DNA of 64,000 nucleotides from Octopus sinensis (Eukaryota): NCBI RefSeq assembly GCF_006345805.1, contig NC_043018.1, positions 14,384,001 to 14,448,000 of the forward strand, read 5' to 3'. Shown piece by piece: positions 1 to 12,602 of this stretch (position 1 is its first letter; each line of letters starts with the position of its first letter). The notes under the pieces were generated by a model. It saw only the letters and a program-made list of their open reading frames with translations, ran no database searches and was not told where the DNA came from. The position numbers and the translations under genes were made by a program.

Positions 1-28
1 TTCAAACTTCACCAGAGCAGCACGCCAA

Positions 29-242
29 TTAGATGGTAAATTTACGAGAAAAAACCAGAAAAGCGATTACGGTTTGGACTATAATGTTATTAGTCACGTG
101 AACCGAACCAGCCATATCTTTACGACACGCGCAATAATCTCTTTGTTTCATACAGTTGTAACCGGCGCAGCATCTACATCTTTTATGTGGTCCGTGACCA
201 GCACATGGACCTCTTGAACATGAACTTCTCTTCAACATTTCA
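29..242 (-). CDS. G1 terminal exon: Cys-rich (8 Cys) knottin/conotoxin-like peptide with KR processing site and hydrophobic C-terminal tail
   Basis: Acceptor ttttgtatttacag, then (x)EMLKR|SSCSRGPCAGHGPHKRCRCCAGYNCMKQRDYCACRKDMAGSVHVTNNIIVQTVIAFLVFSRKFTI*. Phase-2 entry; three paralogous exons in the window keep the Cys scaffold. Confidence 0.85.
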
Positions 243-285
243 CTGTAAATACAAAATATAGTAGAGAATACAAAATATTATTAAA

Positions 286-1590
286 CTAGCAGAGATACCC
301 GGCGTTGCCCATGTTACATGCAATTGAAGAATTAGACTTTTCTGTTATATTTTCTGTAATGAACTGGAATACCTATGATTCGAATTTCTTCAAAATTGCA
401 GATGAGCGTTCTTTCCCTCTTTACACACCCTAAAAAAATTGTAATCGTGCTACATGTCTCCCATACTACTGATTTTTATGCGCATATTCCAAAATTCCAG
501 TCTTATCGAAACTGTTTAAAGGATTTTGCTCCTGAAAAATGAAGATCATGGATCTCTAAAATGTGAGAGTTAAGGCCCCTGTTGGGCGTGGGTGTCTTAA
601 TGTCAGGCAGAGAAGTTGCATTGTTGAGAATCTTTTTAACTTGGGTCTTATATCTATTGTTTGAATTTCTTTGAAATAGGAAATATATGTTCACTGGGTT
701 TGTAAAAGACAGTAAAGCTACAGGAAACGAAAAGACGAATGATCACAATAAGCATCAGCTACCCTACCCTAGTCGTTACCACTTCCAAAGTAGGCTTTCT
801 CACCATCCAGGTGACAGGCACAGCCGTTAGATGCATTATGGATCTATAGCAATTGGAAGGGCGTGACCCAACTGAAATAAACATTAACAACTGTGTGACG
901 TGAGGGCTAAGGAGAAATGAAAATGTCACCTCTGGAGTTTGCAAATGACCACTACACTGATACGTATCTGGGCAGAATAAATTTGCAATCTATAAATGTC
1001 TTTGAATAACAAGTCACTCATCTGGGATGGCCTTGAAATCAGTGTTACCATCTGGGGACTATGTGTGACCCAGTGGTAATAAAATGACTGAAAGTAGGTC
1101 TGCAATCAAATAACTTTACTCAACACTTTGCAACTGAATCAGTGGAGGCAAAGATGCCTGTCATTTACTTGACAATTTATGCAGCACATTGCAGAAATCA
1201 CGATGTAAGTGTATGTGAAAGCAAACTGTTAAACTTTTGCACCATTAAATAATGCTCATCTTTTATGCTCTGGTAACCCTACAGCTTCTAAGAGCACAAC
1301 TGCATTCGTTTTTGCTTAGATAAAATGACAAAATTGTGGGTGTTAAGTCCCCATGGAGGGGTCTTTCTAACTTGTAAGAAGATGAAATTTTTTAAAAATT
1401 ACTTCATTTGTGTCTAATATCTACGGTTAAAATTTTATCAACAGCAAAATGTATGAATTATCATGGGGGTTATGGCCCTTATGCATAGAATATAATATCC
1501 AAATTTCATAAAGATCCATTCAGTACTTTTGACCTAGTTTTGGATTGTAAAAGACATGACTAAAATTTGGGAGTTAAGGGCGCCATTAGG
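286..1590 (-). mobile_element. Probable non-autonomous Helitron-like element filling the last intron of G1 (copies at ~23885-25175 and ~52690-53858)
   Basis: CTAG end at 286-289 with the cccggcgttgccc subterminal hairpin shared with the Helitrons at 38249 and 43633; gatctttatgaaatttgg motif near the other end. The 5' limit is approximate. Confidence 0.45.
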
Positions 1591-1593
1591 GTG

Positions 1594-1656
<63 letters not shown>

Positions 1657-1689
1657 AACACACACACAAACACACACACACACACACAC

Positions 1690-2379
1690 ACACAAGTTAA
1701 ATTGATAGATACAACTGAGTGGGCAAACAAAAATATGAGACACAGCCTAGTGCTTTTTTATGTTGATAAGCCTGGTACTTATTCTACTAGTTTGTTCTTG
1801 TGATACCAATATGTTATGGGGATGTAAATAAATGAAAAGCATTTGTGAAACAGTTATGAGTGTAAAACCAGAGACAAAGACACATACATACACTTACATA
1901 TATACATACATATATATAAGATTGATTTGTTTCAGTTCCTGTCTACGAAATCCATATATATACATACACACACACACACACACATACACAAAGATAAATT
2001 GATAGATACAACTGAGTGGGAAAACAAAAATAAGAGACACCGCCTAGTGGGTTTTTTTTAAATTTTGATATTCCTGGTACTTATTCTATCAGTTTCTTCT
2101 GACACCAGTAAGTTATGGGGATTTAAATAAACCAACACTAGTTGTGAAGCAGTGATGAGGGAGAGACGCAAAGACACACTCATAGACTTACATTTATATA
2201 TACATATATATATACAATTCATTTCTTTCAATTTCTGTCTAAAGAATCCACTGACAAGGCTTTGGTTGGTCTGAGGCTATAGCAGAAGACACATGCCAAG
2301 TTACCACACAGTGGGACTGAACTGAGGACCATGTGTTTTGGAACCAAGTTTGTTACCACACAGCCACAGCTGCACCTAT
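1690..2379 (-). mobile_element. Cluster of tRNA-derived Octopus-type SINE copies and fragments in the G1 intron (also 25215-25880 and 51959-52680)
   Basis: Head ataggtgcagctgtggctgtgtggt with A-box and B-box-like motifs; body shared with the SINE at 11580-12042. Confidence 0.75.
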
Positions 2380-3078
2380 GTATGTGTGTGTGTGTGTGGA
2401 AGGTCACATTGACACACAACGAAGCCGGCAGCCCAGAATGAAAGCAGAGTTTACAGAAAGCTATTGGCTCATTTCTTGCCCAAACATTATGCACAAACTG
2501 AATGCTGCCACATTCCTTCACTACCATTTCTAGTCCAACGACATGATGACTGATGAACAGGAAGGTGAAAAGAAGCGAGTGTGGGGATGGCCGGAACAGA
2601 TTTTCAGAAACAAACCTCCACTGTTTGAAGTGAACGAAAGAAAAACCGTTGGAAACTTGCAACAGTATCGCTTGATTGTGGACATTCTATTCCCCCATTA
2701 TATCCTATTACTTTTGAAGACATCACACATAGGATCAACAGCTACCAAAAAATATCAATGTACTACCGCCCTATGCGACACGACGTTGTGTCCAACACAA
2801 GAGAAACAATGCCATTCCGGTAGGAAGATTGTCCTGGAATGTATATAGTGAAATCCTGTTGTTACATACATACATAGACATCAACGAAACGAATGCTGGT
2901 GGAATATTAACATCAGAATATCTGTCAATGTAAAAATAACGTCGGATAACATAACTTGAAGCAGGCAAGAAAATGAAAAAACTGTCATAGAGATCTCCGG
3001 TCTTGCTCGCATGAATATCTCTTTGGGAACCAAAGGAGGATGGTAACACTGGCAACTGTTGCAACGCTTCAGCTTCTG

Positions 3079-3410
3079 TTGGGTTGTGCGGAATGTTCGT
3101 GCCGACTTTAAAGGAAGAAAAAGGTCAATAAATACTTCCCATTACATTTTTAATCAACCAATATGACCATTTTGTTTCACAATGATCTCCATCTATCATT
3201 TAACTGAAAATACCCTCTTCCCGAATTGAAGTGGTTTCATGGCAAGATTCATTAAGGTATCTTCTTATGTCATCCAAGGAATTGAAATTTTTACCATTAA
3301 GACTATTCTGCAGGGACAGAAATAAGTGAAAATCCGAAGGAGCAATATCTAGTGAATACGCAGCCGAGCTGCAGCAATTTTTGTCTGATTCCCAAAGCAT
3401 CAAGTGCCGA
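3079..3410 (-). mobile_element. Tc1/mariner transposase 3' relic (also 26576-26915 on - and 50918-51259 on +)
   Basis: Translation YSxDxAPSDFHLFxSLQNSLxGKNF...GIFKLxERW matches the mariner C-terminal YSPDLAPSD motif; a TIR-like end follows. Confidence 0.85.
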
Positions 3411-3482
3411 AAATGAATTTTCTTATCTTGCCAATACTAAATTAAATTACATTTGCATGAGACGTACATATGTTGTTCTTAC

Positions 3483-3533
3483 CCCTCATATTTACTCTCC
3501 TGAAACCTATCTCTTGATGGAAGGGAGCGACAT
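3483..3533 (-). CDS. G1 propeptide exon (DVAPFHQEIGFRRVNMR), one nucleotide short of the expected phase
   Basis: Acceptor atctctttag and donor gtaaga; paralog of 50795-50843. It is 51 nt where 49 or 52 would preserve frame, and ends in a G run. Confidence 0.6.
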
Positions 3534-3624
3534 CTAAAGAGATATTAAAATATATATGGAAGAAGTAAATATCCATTTACCGATATTCGTGTGGAAATAC
3601 ACAAAATTGAAGCACTCAACATAT

Positions 3625-3876
3625 AATTCATTGAATAGAGGAAATGTATCAAATGGAGGACTCAACAGATAATTCATTGAATAGAGGAGAATGTATCAAA
3701 TGGAGGATAATGTATAATTCATTGAATAGAGGAGAATGTATCAAATGGAGGATAATGTATAATTCATTGAATAGAGGAGAATGTATCAAATGGAGGATAA
3801 TGTATAATTCATTGAATAGAGGAGAATGTATCAAATGGAGGATAATGTATAATTCATTGAATAGAGGAGAATGTAT
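3625..3876. repeat. 45-bp intronic minisatellite, ~6 units
   Basis: Unit aattcattgaatagaggagaatgtatcaaatggaggataatgtat starts at 3625, 3671, 3716, 3761, 3806 and 3851. Confidence 0.97.
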
Positions 3877-4519
3877 TTATGGTAACACCATCTGAAACAA
3901 GATGGAGGATCATGACGACCGGAACTCGAATTTCCTCACTCATACACTTAAATATGGCTCATCTCTGTAGTGATGGATGTTTTTAATACATAAAAGGAGA
4001 TAAAACCCAATAAAGAGCAATAAAAAGGAATGGCAGGAAAACAAACAAAACAACACATGAAACATAATATACATCATTTGCTGATTCTCTTCCCTTAATT
4101 ATTTTAATAATGAAGAATTCTAAAAGCAGCGGCGTGTGTGAAAAGAATCGTTAGCTCGACAAAATATGCTTAGAGGAATTGCGTTCGTGCTTACGTTCTG
4201 ATCAAATACAGGAGTAACAGATGAGAGCACACCACTAGAATTCTCTCGATTTGTATATAAAAGATTCGTCAGTTATATTGTTAATTAAATGTCATATATT
4301 ATATAGAAGAAGCGTAAATCCGTATACTCGGTCTAAGAGTAGTGTATATAAAAGTGAGTTATTTATTTGAAAGCTGTTAAAACATATAAATGGAGTATAA
4401 CCGAAAGACCGCTGAGGTAGCGTTATTCATTTTCCTCTTTTCCACATTTCTTTTTCCCCTTTTTTCCCCACTACATTTCACATTATTATAAAATAAAAGA
4501 AATTTACAATTATACTTAC

Positions 4520-4589
4520 TTTGTTTAACCGAGAAGGTGTATGAAATGAATACACAAAACAATAGGACACTGATGCCTTCATCACGCAC
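4520..4589 (-). CDS. G1 signal-peptide exon (VRDEGISVLLFCVFISYTFSVKQ)
   Basis: Acceptor tcattag, donor gtaagt, 70 nt (phase 0 to 1). Uncharged hydrophobic core ISVLLFCVFISYTFS; conserved in G2 and G3. Confidence 0.65.
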
Positions 4590-5132
4590 CTAATGATAGA
4601 CAAATATAGCAGTGAGAGTCATTAATAGAAAAGCATTTTTTCTTACAAGAAGCAGAAGTCTACAGCTGAAGTTTAGGTAACAATTATCTTTTAGCTGTTC
4701 TGAAAATCCAAGATTTACCATTTAAACAATTAGTAATATAGCTAATTTAATTGCACCAAAAATACGAATCTATAGTATATTTTGATGAAGATGACGCCTT
4801 CGAAGCGTTTGTCCGTAACATTCTCCATACTGTTAACACTGAATGAATGTTCTTACTTCAAGGTTTTCTGACTTCTATATTATTATTATTTCTGTTGCAA
4901 ACAAATATGTAAGGTGTCACTTTGTATCTGACAGAATGTTCTTTGTGAAATGTACACAGTCAAAAGTATTTTTTCTCTATTTTCTATAACCAAAATCAGG
5001 CTTTGCTGCACATTTCACTGCATATTTGATTAACGTGTTGCACCTGCAGTATCTAACACCATACCTGAGTAAACATAATTGTTTGCTGTTAAACACATGT
5101 GTCATTTGATCCATCCGTACACAAAAACTTAC

Positions 5133-5163
5133 GCAATCGACCTTTTCTGAAATACAACACTAT
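5133..5163 (-). other. Candidate 31-nt 5'UTR micro-exon of G1 (paralogs 29300-29330 and 49228-49258)
   Basis: Strong acceptor gctctttcag and donor gtaagt; lies upstream of the signal exon. Confidence 0.4.
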
Positions 5164-5359
5164 CTGAAAGAGCATAATATTACGTATGAGTTTTAATTAA
5201 CGGCCTCTCTAATTTCTTTTTCTATTCAGCTACTAATCTCGGCAAGAAGAACTAGGCAAAGAAATCGATGAACAGGTACTCCAGGTATACAGCTTATACC
5301 AGAGGAATGTTATGCATTGGTACACATACGGCAATTACAAACGGTTAAGCTCTACCACT

Positions 5360-5480
5360 ACCACCATCATCATTGCCATAACATACTCTGTCTATTGCTA
5401 TTACTTAATCACATACAGCCACAATGAATAATTAAATGTTTACATACTTGTTAGATTCCAACGGTATTTATACAAAGAGC
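5360..5480 (-). promoter_or_regulatory. Candidate TATA-containing promoter or first exon module of G1 (paralogs ~29540-29650, 48905-49015, and orphan copies 12045-12150 and 36705-36805)
   Basis: TATAAATA at 5465-5472 (-), followed by a tcattg Inr-like motif and an ATG|gt/gc donor-like end; retained in five copies. Confidence 0.4.
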
Positions 5481-5677
5481 TCAGTAGACTTTCTCAGGTG
5501 CAAAGTTGAAACTGGTTGATGATGGTTGTGTAGTGTTAGTTATTCAGTGAACAGCTTCAAACTTTGCTTGCTCGAGCTGTCGTTTCCTTTGGTTTTTCTG
5601 AATTTGCACTCCTTTCCTTTTCTTTCTTTTTATATTTACACACATATCCGCGCTCGCGCATTCATTTAAAGATACAC

Positions 5678-5679
<2 letters not shown>

Positions 5680-5719
<40 letters not shown>

Positions 5720-5953
5720 GTATACATATACTATTGTGTATGTGTCTGTGTTGGTGTCTACTCTTTATGCACCTTAAAACCATCATAGCATCTGATGTGG
5801 CTTTTTCACCCAGACAATGTTTGAAAAGACACTCACATAGATTACATATCCGATTTGGCCACCAAGAGCTGAAGACAAGTTTGTATGTATGTATGTATGG
5901 ATGGATGGATGGATCATTGATAGATGGATGTACATGTATATATATTATATACG

Positions 5954-6006
<53 letters not shown>

Positions 6007-6153
6007 CATCCATCATACATACATACAAATATTATATATATACGTATGTATATGTATATATATATATATATAATATAAGTTAAAATTAAATTAAGATTAA
6101 TATACATATATATATATAATATATATATATATACATATATATAATATATATAT

Positions 6154-6191
<38 letters not shown>

Positions 6192-6192
6192 G

Positions 6193-6248
<56 letters not shown>

Positions 6249-6280
6249 ATATAATATATATATATATTATATATATATAT
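5680..6280. repeat. (TA)n-dominated compound microsatellite region
   Basis: Long TA runs with TATG/GATG inserts. Confidence 0.95.
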
Positions 6281-6871
6281 CAACAACAGCATGATTTATA
6301 CGATTTGATTCAATATTTACAAACTCTTGTTACGCAACAGCTGTGTGAAATAGTGAATAGAAAACATCATTAGAAGCTATATCAAATTTATGTCCCAAGT
6401 TACGCCACGTTCGTCTTGGGAGACGTCAAAATTTGAATTGAAACACGATAATGCTTATATGTTGCATTTTTACACGCCAATACATAAACAGAAGATACAA
6501 ATATTACAGGCATCGCCCCCACACACACACTAACTAAGCATAGACGCACATAGGGATATACGCATGCGCAAATGAAGACACGGACAATAGAAATACAAAA
6601 TGGCTGACCGTTAGTAAGGAGAGACACACAAATAAGAAAGAAGAAAGCAACGGACCACTGATGCGGTTACAGGACTGTGACGAAAGAACTTTGGCCGAAA
6701 TAAGATTATGTTTAATGTAAAAAATAAATAACACTGAAGCAAAGTAACACCAAATATATAGTGCGTGTGTTTTTATTATTCGAACGGGTAAAATGACCAT
6801 TCCGAAATGCAACAATATCTGTTTCAATACATGATTTCACATAAAAATCTTGCACCACATATATATTAACC

Positions 6872-6872
<1 letters not shown>

Positions 6873-6933
<61 letters not shown>

Positions 6934-6934
6934 T

Positions 6935-6965
<31 letters not shown>

Positions 6966-7073
6966 TAATAATAATAATATTAAGGATAATATAATAATGA
7001 TAATAATAATAATAATAATAATAATAGTAATATAATATAATCATTATTATATAATCATAATAATAATAATCAC

Positions 7074-7104
<31 letters not shown>

Positions 7105-7399
7105 TAATAATAATAATAATAATAATAGTAATATGATGATACAATAATAATAATAATAATAGTTATAATAAAAATAATAATGATGATATATAATAATAAT
7201 AATAATAAATAATAATGATAATAATATAAGAAGATAAGAAGAAGAAGAGAGAAGAAGAAGAAGAAGAAGAAGTAGAAGAATATTAATAATAATAATAATA
7301 ATAATATAATAATAATAATAAAATAATAATAATATAATAATAATAATAATAATAAGAAGAAGAAGAAGAAAGAAGAAGAAGAAGAAGAAGAATATTAAT

Positions 7400-7431
<32 letters not shown>

Positions 7432-7445
7432 TAATAATAATAATA
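6873..7445. repeat. Compound (AAT)n/(AAG)n microsatellite (paralog 31105-31670 plus 32072-32140)
   Basis: Directly visible. Confidence 0.97.
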
Positions 7446-7817
7446 AAAGAAGGCGGCTGGACATGACAGAAGCTGGACGTGTTTTTTCGCTGCTCTGACC
7501 TGGCAGCAGCTAACCCAGCAGGACAACTGAAAAAACATCTGTAAAAAAACTGGAAGATCTACTGTTTTCTGTGAGTAATTTGAATTTCCCTCAAAATAAG
7601 TTAAGGAACTTCCATATCTACAGCTTAGGACATACAACCGAACACCTAACAAAACAATTAGAAACATAAACATCTCCAATTTTGTGTGAACATTTTGTCG
7701 TCTCTTCTTCCTTGATTATCAGAATATGTAAAATTGCCTTTTATTGAAACAACACAATTAAATGCACGATAAAAAATTATGGAAGTAAGCACCTGCTAAT
7801 ATATACAAACGATGCGT

Positions 7818-7881
<64 letters not shown>

Positions 7882-8355
7882 GAATTTAAAAAATCATCAA
7901 CGTGAATATCAGATAATATGTGTGTGTGAGTATACATATACATATACATATGTGTGTGTGAGTACACGTATACATGTGTGTGTGGGTATATATATATATA
8001 TACATAGTCTTTTTTTCTCTTCCTACCATTAATTACAAATATAACAAGCTGAAAAAAGTAAACAGGTTTGACCTCTGCTGACCATGAATGTCCTTTGTCC
8101 CTTGGGCTATCTCTCCACCATCCGCTGAATCTATTTATGGACCCATAGAGCATGACCTCTTCACCAATCACTGCCCCAAACAATGGTAGTAGTGGTGGTG
8201 ATGGTGATAATGATAAAAACAAAAATAACAATACGATACTGTTGGTACTACACATAAAACAATATCATTGATGATGATGGTGCTGATGGTGATGGTGATG
8301 ATGATAATAATGATAGTAATAGTGCTGATAATCTATCTATCCATCTACACACACA

Positions 8356-8403
<48 letters not shown>

Positions 8404-8615
8404 TCAGCCAACACAAACCTCACCTCCGCTCTTTAGATGTTAAGCAAATATGAAAGTATCATCTGACCGCCAGCCAGCCAACCACCCAGCCACCCAACGA
8501 GACAGACAGACAGACACACAACTCAACCCGCTGCCTACGTACTGTGATGGTGATAATGATAAAAACAAAAAATAGCAATAAGATACTGCTGTGACTACAC
8601 ATAAAACAATATCAT

Positions 8616-8649
<34 letters not shown>

Positions 8650-8779
8650 AGTGATGGTGATGATGATAATAATGATAGTAATAATGGTGATAATAATGGT
8701 GATAATAATAAGCCGGCTTCGGCTGCTATAATGGTACGATTATAATTGTAACGGCAATGATGGCCGTCTCCCTCCGAGT

Positions 8780-9110
8780 CACTCAAAGCTCAAAAATATA
8801 CCGGATATTGTTGTGAAAGACCAAAACAATAAAGTTTGCTTATTGATCGACATGACCATCCCCTGTGATCATAATATCTCGGCGAAAGAGTTTGACAAGC
8901 TCAGAAAATATAAAGACCTGCTCGTTGAAATTGAGAAAATGTGGCATCTCAAGGCGGTTACAATACCAGTGATCGTAGGAGCACTAGGAATGATCAAGAA
9001 GGGAACCGAAAGTAATATGAGAATGATCCCTGGCTAACCATCCCTGCAAGAAGTGCAAAAGATTGTCTTAACTGGTACATTACACGTATTGAGAAGAGCA
9101 TTGTCGATGT
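8780..9110 (+). mobile_element. 3' fragment of an R2/R4-type non-LTR retrotransposon (restriction-like endonuclease); paralog 33490-33820
   Basis: PDIVVKD...LIDMTIP...KLRKYKDL...IPVIVGALG is a PD-(D/E)xK RLE signature. Confidence 0.85.
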
Positions 9111-9904
9111 GAGAACTATTACTACCCATGTATTTTAATTAAACTTTAAAAAAAAAATGAACGGACAAGTGAGTTTAGTTTAATGGCCTACCAATGTATA
9201 CTATGTGTTTCTTTGCCCTGGGAGTCGGGAAGACACTCGGCAAGAAATGGAAGCAAATTTGAAAGAAGGAGAAAAAAAGATAGCAATAATAATAATAATA
9301 ATAATAATAGTAAAACTAATAATAATAAATGCTGGAGTCGATTCGTTTGACTAAAATTCTTTGAAGCAATGGTCTAGCATGACTGTAATCTCATGAGTGA
9401 CAAATTAAAAGACGCTTCAAACAATTGATAGCAAACATTAAGATGTCATTACGATCATAAAATTCATCCGAAGGTTATGAAGCTTCATTCGATATTGAAG
9501 GTAGTGAATATTTTGATTTTGCAGGAAGTTTTGTTTGAAATATTTAAGATGTAGCACATAATTGTAACTTAAAAGAGTGTAAAATAAGTACTTGGCGATT
9601 TGTAAGCGCAAATCAAAGATTTTCATTTCATTCTTGCTTTTGTTATCCCTATAATATTATATTTCTTTTAACTGATTTTCTGCTTGTTTCAGTCATTGAA
9701 ATATATAGCACTAATCTCTAGCCTAAAGGTTTTTATTCGCTTCTTAACAACCGACTTGTATTAACCAAACAGCAAAGAGTAGAAATGCTGGATTTCATCC
9801 AAAATTTACAGACTACAATGATGCTCATCCTCCAAACACAATCGAAGAATTCTCAAGGGAAAATTTGAAAAACTTGGTGTGGCTATTAAAATTTACAACA
9901 GAAC

Positions 9905-10075
9905 CTGCGTAAAATGTGGAAGGGTGTGCCTCTCAGTTGGAGGCCTAAAAAGACATGCTAAGAGAGTGCATATGGTGGCACCTGTTTCTCCTGCCAGTAA
10001 GCACAGTTGTCCAGTAAGTAATTAAATGTGTAAAAGCTTGGCTAGGCTTAAAACTCATATAAGGGCATCACATGG
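9905..10075 (+). pseudogene. Decayed tandem C2H2 zinc-finger relic (paralog ~34600-34770)
   Basis: Frame reads TCVKCGRVCLSVGGLKRHAKRVH...CPVSN*MCKSLARLKTHIRASH. The first finger is canonical C-x2-C-x12-H-x4-H; the second is broken by a stop. Confidence 0.55.
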
Positions 10076-10151
10076 CAACAATAATGAATCATTTCAGTAA
10101 GTCTTCTTGCCCATGGCTTTACTCGTGTAACGAAGATGCAGCTGTTATGTA

Positions 10152-10219
<68 letters not shown>

Positions 10220-10786
10220 TGTGTGTATACATTTCTGTTATTTCGGCCACTAGTCATTTCCCCAACTGCAGCCAACGAATCTAGTCAACACACAAGACAG
10301 CTATTATGATCTACCTCACAAAAAAACCCATCACGTGGACTCTGTTGAGACTCGTAAAAAACAATTATAAACTTTTTTTAATACACTTAACTTTTAAGAA
10401 GTTATATCAAAATAAAAGTTATATCAAAAATATTTTGATAAGGTTCGTTTTTTCAAGAAAACCGAAACATGAAAAATTTCTTAGAAAATTAAAATTTATC
10501 TTATATAGTGGCGATTTCAAACATCTTTTTTATAAATATATACCCACTCGTATACCACCCACACCTATTATAAATATACATATAGTAAAGGTTGTTTGCC
10601 AACATAAAGTGACAGCTGAATGTTACTATTGTTTAGCCCCAGGAAACATCGTCTTCTGGAGCTGAATAAGATTAACATTCGACTGCTGTGTTTTGTTGGC
10701 AATTAACCTTCATTCTAGAGTACTCTTAGGGAATATCTATTGTTGATAGTTTTGCAAATAGGAATTATCCATTTTATGTATGTATG

Positions 10787-10872
<86 letters not shown>

Positions 10873-11579
10873 TATAAAACAATAGCACGATTTATGCGAT
10901 GTTAGTTTGTGTAGTTCATGTACCTAGAACAGCTGTGAGAAATATTAATAAAAAAATTGTAAGTTTAAGCAATATCAAATTTATGTCCTCCGTTACGTCA
11001 ATGTTCTTCAGTGGGGACATGAATCTTTTGAATAAAAAAACGACAATGTCTATAAGCTGTTTTTTACACGCCGACGTATACTGATCCCAGAAAATCGCTG
11101 CTTCCAAATTGTTGCTTAAATACATGTTATTCCTGCTCTAGCAGACACATTATCGAAGACATTAAAACTAATTGCAAAAATAGTTATAAGTTCTAATGCA
11201 AATATATAATTGAGGTAGGAATAAAATTTCAGAAGTATTTTCATTATTGTTTCTTGATAAAGTGGGAAAAGGACAACATTTTGGAGAACTTACTACAAAT
11301 ATAACGCTGTAATATCCAACAGTAATATTTTCAATTGTTTCTTAGCAACTGATATGCATTAGCCAAAAAACCAAAACTAGAAAAGCTGGAGTGCATCCAA
11401 AGAGTAAAGACTAAAATAATGCATATTCTGCAAATAAAATGGATGGGATGTAAAACGAGAATTTGTACATCCTTAAGGGTATTCTCTCTTTTTGAGGTTC
11501 TTCGGCTATACGCATGCGCACTGGCAACAAAACAAATGAAGCTTATACAGACTCGTTCGACATCTCATCTACTTATTTG

Positions 11580-11781
11580 CTCATTTACTTGTTTCAGTCA
11601 TTTGACTGCGGCCATGCTGGAGTACCGCCTTGAGTCGAGCAAATCGACCCCAGGGCTTATTATTTGGAAGCCTACTATTTATTCTATCGGCCACTAAGTT
11701 TCGGGGACGTAAACACACCACCATCGGTTGCCAAGCGATGCTGTGGGACGGGGGCACAAACACACACAGACACACAGACAC

Positions 11782-11870
<89 letters not shown>

Positions 11871-12042
11871 TATATACCTACATATATACATATATTCGAC
11901 GGGCTTCTTTCAGTTTGCGTCTACTAAATCTACTCACAAGGCCTTGGTCGACCCGAGGCTAAGGTGCCATGCAGTGGGGATGAACCCGGAACCATGTGGT
12001 TAGTAAGCAAGCAACTTACCACGCAGCCACTCCTGCGCCTAT
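11580..12042 (-). mobile_element. Near full-length tRNA-derived Octopus-type SINE (paralog 36235-36701)
   Basis: Head ataggcgcaggagtggctgcgtggtaag...ggttccgggttca, internal (CA)n/(TA)n, tail cggccatgctggag. Confidence 0.85.
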
Positions 12043-12253
12043 ACAAACAACATCATTACCATAACATATTCTGTATATTGTTGTTACTAATTTACATACA
12101 GCCACAATGAATAATGTGTTAGATTTGAACGGTATTTATATAAAGAGTTCGGTGAAATTCCCTTGTGCAAAATTCAGACACGTTGGTGATGGTCATATAG
12201 GTGATGTTATCAAGAGAACTGTTGCAACAATTCTTTGCCCATAGCTTTCATAT

Positions 12254-12321
<68 letters not shown>

Positions 12322-12496
12322 ATAAATATTAGGGAATAAATCCAAATTTACAGGGAAAAAATCAGATTTAGGATTAAATCCAATTTTATAGTAAAATATT
12401 ATAAAATATTATTAGAGACAAAACCACTATTTTGCAAAACAAACAAGGAAAGACTTAATCAATACATAAAATTTTAATAAATAGTCAAAAAAACCG

Positions 12497-12539
12497 CCAC
12501 TACAATCGTTTCTTGTCTTGATCGACAATCTTCAGGTGG
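12497..12539 (-). ncRNA. Type I hammerhead ribozyme motif (mirror copy)
   Basis: Exact reverse complement of 12603-12645. Confidence 0.7.
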
Positions 12540-12602
12540 ACTTCCAATAAGTCAGTTTCAAATTATGAAGTCTTCATAATTTGAAACTGACTTATTGGAA
12601 GT

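Noticed and set aside
3625-3895. Repeat-protein ORFs (NSLNRGECIKWRIMY)n and a CRISPR-like appearance of the 45-bp and 33-bp arrays
   Set aside because: Contiguous units with no unique spacers, eukaryotic context and no cas genes; the ORFs are a by-product of unit lengths divisible by three.
7395-7679. ORF starting MEMFMFLIVLLGVRLYVLSC (signal-like; paralog 32052-32372)
   Set aside because: No strong in-phase donor, runs into a microsatellite and is absent from the G3 copy.
7758-8255. ORF MCSTNSIVLLFLFLSLSP...
   Set aside because: The hydrophobic start derives from the reverse of a GAT/AAC-rich local duplication; the ORF ends in TA repeats.
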